From: Prasinococcaceae sp. CCMP 1430 | Lineage: Eukaryota; Plantae; Prasinodermophyta | DNA: 6,160 bases | Direction of reading: 5' to 3' | Assembly: GCA_013416795.1 (NCBI GenBank) | Contig: RQSC01000210.1 | Location: 1 to 6,160 of the forward strand | Shown here: piece by piece, positions 1-6,160 of the stretch | Layout of the letters: each line of letters starts with the position of its first letter | Numbering within the stretch: position 1 is the first letter of the stretch | Notes under the pieces: model-generated | The model's input: the letters and a program-made list of their open reading frames with translations, nothing else | The model's database searches: none | What the model was told of the DNA's origin: nothing | Program-made: the position numbers and the translations under genes

Positions 1-2
1 AG

Positions 3-419
3 GGGTCCGACAGTCGGTTCAGGGAGGGGGAGAGGTCGGAGTGGCTCGGAGGGAGGTTCGGGAAGGGAGGTGGCAGAAGGGAGAGGAGGGACGAGTGGGT
101 CGACGGTCAAACAGGTTATTGGTAACCGCCGTTCCTCGGTGTCGTTGGTAGGGGCAGGTAGGAAGGGGAGAGGGGGGACGAGGAAGGAGGCGTCGGGAAG
201 GGGTATAGTCAGTTCGCCTCCTGCGTCCACCACGAGCTGGGAGGGGTCAACGAGATCAGGCCCGACCTCTCCCTGAGGTCTGCCTCCAAGGGGGGTCTCG
301 GAGTCGGGGTCGCGTGCAGGGGACCCCGTCGGGGGAACTGGGTCGGCCATGTTCAGTGGGGGAGGGGGTTTGTATCCGGAGGGGAGTGGTTCCAATCGGG
401 GCCGAAGGACGGGGTAGAA
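3..419 (-). other. Proline-rich low-complexity C-terminal extension of integrase, running off the window
   Basis: In-frame translation after VHVDRLAP is dominated by P, L, D and S (e.g. YKPPPPLNMADPVPPTGSP; LPEPPSEPLRPLPLPEP). This accounts for the G/A-rich plus strand here. Confidence 0.8.
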
Positions 420-3400
420 GGGGGCCAGACGGTCGACGTGGACCAGCCACTCTTTCCGGGGTTCGTATCGGGCCTTGGGTCCGCGAAGGTCAGGTCGACA
501 GGGTTTGACCTTATACACCGACTCAAAGTGCTGGTACATGATCTCATACGGTCCATACCAACCCGTCTCGCTGAACCGCGCGGTCCCCGGGAGGTAGATG
601 AGGACGAGGGCCCCTGGCTTGTATGAGGGGTTCCGGAGGGAGGATCGGGTGTTACATCGGTCCGCGATGTCATACTTGACACTGAGGAAGATGCGTGCCG
701 CAGTGGCCCACATGTCGGTCGCCTTGAGGCTCAGCCCTCGGAAGTACTCGTCAAAATCCACAGTCCCATCTGGTAGTCGGGGGGCGGCTCCACCCTCAGT
801 GAGGAAGTCGAACGCCAGCCGAGGTTCTCGGTGGTACAGCAGGTGGAAAGGGGACCACCCCGTAAAGGGATTGATGGACGTGTTCATGGCGAAGGTGGCC
901 ATAGGTAGGTCGGTGTCCCATGTGCGAGCATTTCCCTCTGCCGTCGCTCGCAGGATCTCCTCAATCGTCCGGTTGGCACGTTCCACGAGTCCTTGCGCCT
1001 GGGAACGGTACCCTGAGGTGGTGGCGTAAGAGGTCCCTAGGATCTTGCAGATTTTCTTCATGGCCTGGTTGTTGAAATGGGAGCCCTGGTCCGAGGTGAT
1101 CCGTTCCACACACCCATGCTTAGTCACGATGTGATCCAGGACGGCCTTAATGACTGACGCGGCGTCTGCCTTCTTCGTAGGTACTGCCACCACCCACTTG
1201 GTGAAGTGGTCGATCATGACTAGGATATAGCGATTCCCTCGGGCCGTGTTCCCCTGCCCGATGGGACCAATGAAGTCGATCTGCACCAGCTGAAAGGGAC
1301 GCTCGCTTGTCCAGACATGGGCCGGGGCGTGGTTGAAGGTTTTGGGCTTGGCGAACTGGCAGTTGGGACACTGTTGGATGTATTCCTTCAGGTCTCGACG
1401 CAAGGAGGGCCACCACACCCGGGTTCGCATCCAGTTGTAGACTGTAGCAAAGCCACGATGCCCAGCTAGGGTGGTGCTATGGGCCATGTGCAACACTGTC
1501 GCCCGCAGCGGCTCGGGAAGATAAGTGGCCAAGGAACACCCACCGACGTCCTCCCCGTTCATCCTTAGGAGGTCACCACCTTCGCTTTCTCGCGCGAAGT
1601 GAGTGGACTTAATAGGGAGGACCCGTCGAATGATACCCCCTTTGTCCGCGAACCAAGATCGCTCCGTGTTCAGCTTGGTCCATGCCTTGGTCTCGGCCTC
1701 CGTCGCTGGAGTGGGAAGTGGGGAGGGGTTTCGGAGCTGTTGGCAGTAGGAGTCCTCGTCTTGGGTCTTCCGGATGATGTTCTCAGCCTCCTTCACAAAG
1801 TCCACTTCGAACAGAGTTGCCTCCTCTTCTTCTTCGAGGTCGTCGTCATCAAGGGCGATGTCGACCTCCTGGGACTCCAGGAGCTGGCGTACCCGCATCT
1901 TTTGGGCCTGGGTCGGGACGGAGCCACTCTGCATGTGGTGGAGGTCGGGGTGATCTTCGGTGGGAACTCGAGGGCCAACCCGGCGGGCTTGGAGAGGTCC
2001 ATGTGGGTCGACACTGGCCTTCTTGGTCTGGGCTCTAGTCGTAACAGGGGCCATGGCAAGAGCCCCACACACCGCGAGATGTCGATTCCCGTATTCCGCC
2101 CTCAACTGAGTATCACGTCGAAGCTTCCGTCGAGAGTGGCCAGAGAGGAAATCAGGGGGAGAGGAGGGCAGGATAGGAGGTGTGGGTGGTGCCAGGTTGC
2201 TTCGTTTTCGTGGTCGTAAGCCGGCCACTCCGTGGGGTAAGGTCCGTTTAGCTGGTCTGGTCGACGGGTAGTGGGGCTTCAACCCAGTGACCATGTCTAT
2301 GCGATCCTCAATGTCTTCTCCTGGCGAGTCGGGGTCGGGGTGGCGCGAGAGGGCGTCCGCGTTACCATGGCTCTTCCCGGCTCTCCAGGTGACCACGGGT
2401 TCGAGGTCCTGGACCTTAAGGATGAGTCGTGTGAGGCGGCCCTGGGCTGGGGGGTGGCGGAAGATGGCAGGGAGGGGTTCGTGGTCCGTCACCACTGCGA
2501 AGGGTTGACCTTCGAGGTAGGGACGGTAGTGGTTGATGCTCCAGATGGCCGCGAGGCATTCCTTCTCGGTGACGCTATAGCGCTGCTCGGTGGCCGACAA
2601 CATCCGGCTGGCACAATCGACCACTCGGGGGATCCCATCCACGTCCTGTTCCAGTACCGCGCCAATGGCCCTGCCACAGGCGTCCACACAGAGGCGGAAG
2701 GGTTTGGAGAAGTCGGGGTGGTAGAGGATGAGGTTGTCTCGAAAGGCGTCCTTGATCTTCTGGAACCCCTCCTCCTGAAGGGGACCCCATTTGAACTTGT
2801 TGCCGGCCTTGCAGGGTTCGAGTATGGGGGCCATCCACATGGAGAAGTCCTTGACCACGCGTCTACAATAGGAGGCAAACCCGTGGAAGGTAGCCACCTC
2901 ATCCACCGACGCGGGCGTGGGCCAGTCGAGGATCTTGGATAGCTTCTCCGGCTGAATCCGCACCCCGTCCCGGGTGATCAGGAACCCTAGATACTTGACC
3001 TCGTGTTTGGCGAAGTGGCACTTGTTGGGCTTCACGACGATGCCAGCGTTGTGGAGACGGGCGAGGCACTCCTCCAACTGTCGTACATGCTGCTCGGGGG
3101 TCTTGGAGTAGACGCACACGTCGTCGATGTAGCACACCGCACTGACCCAGGACATTCCTGACATAACAATGTCGATGATGGTCTGGAATCCCGAGGGGGC
3201 GTTACAAAGTCCGAAGGGCATGCTGTTGAACTCAAACAGTCCCAGCCCGGGCATTTTAAAGGCCGTCTTCTCCTTGGAGGTCGCGTCGAGGGGGATTTGC
3301 CAGTACGCCGAGGTAAGATCCATGGTCGTATATAACTTCCCTTGCCCAATAGCCCGTAGGAGGTCGTCGATTCGAGGGAGGGGGTAGCGGTTCTTCTTTG

Positions 3401-6158
3401 TGATGGCGTTGAGGCGGCGGTAGTCAATGCAGAAACGCCAAGACCCGTCCGGCTTCTTCACCAAGAGGACAGGGAAGGCCCAGGGGGACTTGGACTGCTC
3501 GATGACGCCCTGATGCAACATCTTGTGGACCTCTTTCAGAATATCCCCCAACTGGTGGGTCGCGGACCGGTAGGGGGGGACGTTGATGGGGCCCGAGGTT
3601 CCCGTGTCGATGTTGAACTCGAAGGGTACGTTCACGGGGACCGTCCGCTGGTCGAGAGTCCCTACGAAGATATCTGCGTACCTCCTCAGGACGCGTCTCA
3701 TGGCTAGAGCCGACAGCTCGTCCAGGTTCTCCCACCCGACGTCCACCTGGGCTTCGATGACGGCCCACTGCTCCTCGGTCATCCCTGGAGGCAACGGTTG
3801 AGGTCCTTTCGCCATATCCTTCCGCATGTCTTCCTTGGCCGACTCCATTTCCTGAGGTGTGAGTTCAGCCGGGGTCACCCGCGTCTTGGGGTCAGGGAGC
3901 TCAATTATCCCACAGCAGACAGCGGTCGAGTCTTCTGCGACCGGGGTGAGCTGCCCGATCATCTCGCCTTCCAGCAAGACCTCCGTCCAAGGTGTGCCAT
4001 TAACGACGAGGACCTCAACGACGTTCCGGTCGGATTTGTACAGCTGATTGTGAACGTGGTATGACCCCGCATTGGCCAGGTAGGAGTGAGGTTCGAAGAG
4101 CCACCGTTGAGGAGTCTCAACTTCGGGGGAGTGGGCGACGAGGATAGGGACCTTGGTGATGGTGAACGGGTCTAGGGTCACCTTCTGGGCGGCTACAGCG
4201 TCTCGTCCCCTGTCGTAAGGTGCGTCCACCGTGGCGATAGGTTGCATCTCCGGGTGGGAGGCAGACCACACCTTCCCTTCAAACCCGCTGATCCATAGCT
4301 TGGTGCCCACAATGAAGTCCATTCCCAGGATGGGCGAGTGAAAACACTCTGGTAAGACCAGCGCTCGGACGGTGTACTTGATAGGCCCGCATCGAATTGG
4401 GATGAGGGTCACTCCCTTTGGTTGGACGAGGTCCCCATGTACGCCCTGAATAGGGGGTAGGGAGGGGTCCTTGGTGATGGTCAGGCTGTAACTCCGAGCG
4501 AAGCGTTCGGAGATCACCGACACCATAGCTCCCGTATCCAACAGGGCTCGGGCCGAGTGTTGGTTCTTGACCGTGACGGGGAGGAGCAACCGTCGTCGTT
4601 TCTCCGAAGGTATGCCGGCGACGCAGCCGCGGTGGAGGGGGTTGAGATCTGCTCCCTGCTCCTGCATCTCCTGGAGTCGTTGTCGGATCTTCCGCAGCAG
4701 TTCCCGCTGTTTTCTGGACTTCAGCTCAGCCTCCAGGGCGTCCAAGCACTTCCAGATGGTCTCCTCCTCCGAAGGGTTCTGCGGGGCCTGGTCCGTTTTG
4801 AAGAAGGCGACCTGGTCGGGTCCGAAACGAGGCCCTTCCGTTTCGTCTGGGGCGATGTTGGCTTGGCTTCGCTTGATGACGATCCCCACTGGGCAATGAT
4901 CCGAACCATCGACCCACATTCGTACAAAAGCGTCCGTCACCCGTTTCTTGAGGGACCTATCCACGAGGATGTGGTCGATGAGGAAGCCCTCTCCTTTCTC
5001 CCTGTGTCTACCTTGAGCCATCCACGAGCTGTAAACTCCTGGTAGCCCAGGGTATTTGGTGCGGAAGGTGTCGATGAGACCTAACTCTTGACCGTATCTT
5101 GCGAACGCCTTCCTTTCTTCCGCCGTGGTTCCTGGCCATGGACTCCTCGTCATGGGGTCGAGTGCGGTGTACGCATCAATCTCCAATGGGCTCGTATTGA
5201 AGTCCCCACATACTACTAGTGGTCCCTTCTTCTGTTGTTCTTGGAGGAAGGTGAAAAAGGCCTGGTCGAAGGTCTGCCTCCTCGCCTTATGAGTCGGGTG
5301 TCGCTGGTCCAACCACACTGGGACATAGACGTTGTAGATGAGGAGACCCTCGTAGCGAATGCCGATGATGCGGGGGATCTCTGTCAGAGGTCCGCCGGGG
5401 AGGTGGTCCAGGGGTAGCAGCTCCGCTGGTCTCTTTGTGAAGATGGCAACTCCTCCCTGTCCCTTCTCCTGGACGGCGTTCCAGAACTGGTGTATGAGAC
5501 CGTGTCTGGCCATGACCTGGGTCGCCCGCTTGGCTGTCTTTTCAAAGAGTCGAGTCCCCACTTTGACCTCTTGTAGACAGAGGATGTCTGGTTGCTCCTT
5601 GTCTAGGTAGCTGTCGAACTGCCTTTTTCGGAGGTACGCTCGGAGTCCGTTGACGTTGAAGCTGACGATCTTCAAATCTGAGCTCACTCCCGTTGGGCTG
5701 CACTTCTTTGTCGGTAAGTCCTGCTGTAGGGAGGAGTAACTCTGCTTCTTCGCTTGGGCCTCCATAGGGTGTAGGACCGAGACGTGTGAGGGTTGGTTCG
5801 TCATTCGAAAGAAATCGTCGAGCCCTGGTTGTACGTTTACCCCCCAGGTGAAAGCAAAACCACCGCCCTCGGTGGTCCTGGTAGAGTTGCGGATGACCGA
5901 GCGCAAGGCCATATGGCGGTCAAGATGGGCTTGATGTTGAGCGACGCTGACCTCGTCATCAAGATGCCGAGTGAGCTGTCGATCGGCATCTTCGAGTGGG
6001 CGGAGGGGAAAATGGCCTTCGGCGGTGAGGAGAGCGGCGGCACTGGTGGGAGGGAGGGGTTCATCGGGGCGGGAGGGGATGGGCCTGTTCTCTGGTTCCC
6101 ATCGGAGGGCGGCAAGGAGAACAGAAGGGATTCGGAAGGGCACGCGACCCCGAATGGA
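3..6158 (-). CDS. pol: Pol polyprotein, partial at both ends (at least 2052 aa): unassigned N-terminal segment, AP endonuclease, protease, dUTPase-like segment, RT, RNase H, linker, integrase, Pro-rich tail
   Basis: Manual codon-by-codon translation of the minus-strand frame (codon low coordinate divisible by 3) found no stop codon from 6158 to 3. All recognisable domains lie in this one frame. Confidence 0.95.
420..1781 (-). CDS. Integrase: HHCC zinc finger, DD(35)E core and GPY/F C-terminal module
   Basis: H(1479)-X6-H(1458)-X29-C(1368)-X2-C(1359); RPFQLVQIDFIGP (D 1275); ITSDQGSHF (D 1089); QGLVERANRTI (E 981, 35 residues between D and E); WDTDLP; YKPGALVLIY...WYGPYEI; VHVDRL. The N-terminal boundary is approximate. 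Confidence 0.96.
1818..1850 (-). repeat. Low-complexity acidic tract (DDDDLEEEEEA) in the RNase H-integrase linker
   Basis: Plus-strand (ctc/ttc)n and gtc/atc triplets at 1821-1850 encode E5 and D4 in the Pol frame. Confidence 0.85.
2343..2702 (-). CDS. Ty3/Gypsy-type RNase H domain
   Basis: PFRLCVDACGRAIGAVLEQ (D 2682), YSVTEKECLA (E 2559), YRPYLEG, VVTDH (D 2484), HGNADALSR (D 2355). Confidence 0.95.
2703..3620 (-). CDS. Reverse transcriptase domain (LTR-retrotransposon type, including thumb)
   Basis: FNIDTG...PPYR, SPWAFPVLLVKKPDGSWRFCIDYRRLN, YPLPRIDDLL, TMDLTSAYWQI, KTAF, MPFGLCNAP, YIDD (3120-3131), KCHF, YLG, WPTP, FKWG. Confidence 0.97.
3939..4199 (-). CDS. Possible degenerate dUTPase-like segment between protease and RT
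   Basis: VTLDPFTITKVP...VVEVLVVNGTPWTEVLLEGEMIGQL follows the pattern of trimeric dUTPase structural segments (IpPge..lvpT; v.l.N......i..GdRIAQL). The catalytic RSG and IDxDY motifs are absent. This is a by-eye resemblance only. Confidence 0.4.
4308..4589 (-). CDS. Retropepsin-type aspartic protease domain of Pol
   Basis: ARALLDTGAMVSVISERFA with the catalytic DTG (D at 4536-4538), flap-like IQGVHG, and C-terminal PILGMDF motif. Confidence 0.93.
4875..5675 (-). CDS. Exonuclease III/APE1-family AP endonuclease domain (EEP fold), in frame within Pol
   Basis: Motifs in order: LKIVSFNVNGLRA (N at 5655), [10 protein letters not shown] (E at 5568), GGVAIFTK, IYNVYVP (Y at 5325), PLVVCGDFN (D 5202, N 5196), GTTAEERKAF, GLIDTFRTKYP, GFLIDHILV (D 4974), GSDHCPV (D 4899, H 4896). 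Confidence 0.96.
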
Positions 6159-6160
6159 GT

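Larger units (their letters stand above)
1..6160 (-). mobile_element. Internal region of a Ty3/Gypsy (Metaviridae-type) LTR retrotransposon; both ends lie outside the window
   Basis: Domain order PR-RT-RH-IN, with integrase after RNase H, is characteristic of Ty3/Gypsy (it excludes Ty1/Copia). Gypsy-type RT motifs (YPLPRIDDLL, MPFGLCNAP, YIDD), RNase H motifs and an integrase GPY/F module are present. No LTR is seen. Confidence 0.95.

Noticed and set aside
20-205. Purine-rich, G-run-rich plus-strand tract (PPT-like or G-quadruplex-like)
   Set aside because: A PPT must be purine-rich on the sense (minus) strand and adjacent to the 3' LTR; this tract is the opposite and lies inside the ORF. 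The G-runs are explained by proline (CCN) codons.
301-2337. 12-bp direct match gagtcggggtcg at 301-312 and 2326-2337 (peptide DPDS)
   Set aside because: Too short and low in complexity to indicate an LTR, TSD or duplication.
256-3768. Short minus-strand ORFs from the track in the two non-Pol frames
   Set aside because: They overlap the Pol frame out of register and contain no recognisable domains.
1599-5045. Long plus-strand ORFs (1599-2219, 2271-2942, 4557-5045 and others in the track)
   Set aside because: The three named ORFs are exactly antisense and codon-aligned with Pol. None of the track's plus-strand ORFs shows a recognisable motif, and they are expected shadow ORFs in GC-rich coding DNA.
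4875-5675. APE domain as a nested LINE insertion or a neighbouring host gene
   Set aside because: No non-LTR RT, poly(A) tail, TSD, stop codon or frame break flanks it, the sequence is APE1-like, and the frame is continuous into the protease. An assembly chimera cannot be excluded without reads.
5837-6160. Second minus-strand frame, open to the window edge and ending in CCT GGG GGG TAA, in the register that a -1 frameshift into Pol would need; a 7-bp hairpin lies at 5859-5876
   Set aside because: The peptide is Pro/Ser-rich with no Gag features, there is no canonical X XXY YYZ slippery heptamer, and the hairpin lies upstream of the candidate site rather than downstream. The Pol frame itself is open through this region. 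Revisit only if upstream sequence shows Gag in this frame.

Overview
The whole window is one stop-free reading frame on the minus strand (6158 down to 3, 2052 codons, open at both edges, so the supplied ORF track missed it). I translated it by hand. It is the Pol polyprotein of a Ty3/Gypsy-type LTR retrotransposon, with protease, reverse transcriptase, RNase H and integrase (HHCC, DD35E, GPY/F) in canonical order and with their catalytic motifs intact. Unusually, a complete ~267-aa exonuclease III/APE1-family AP endonuclease is fused in frame just upstream of the protease. It aligns by eye with cellular eukaryotic APE1, not with LINE endonucleases, and has altered abasic-pocket residues. A degenerate dUTPase-like segment may lie between protease and RT. 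No LTR, PBS, PPT, recognisable Gag, RNA gene or CRISPR array is visible. The host cannot be determined from this window.
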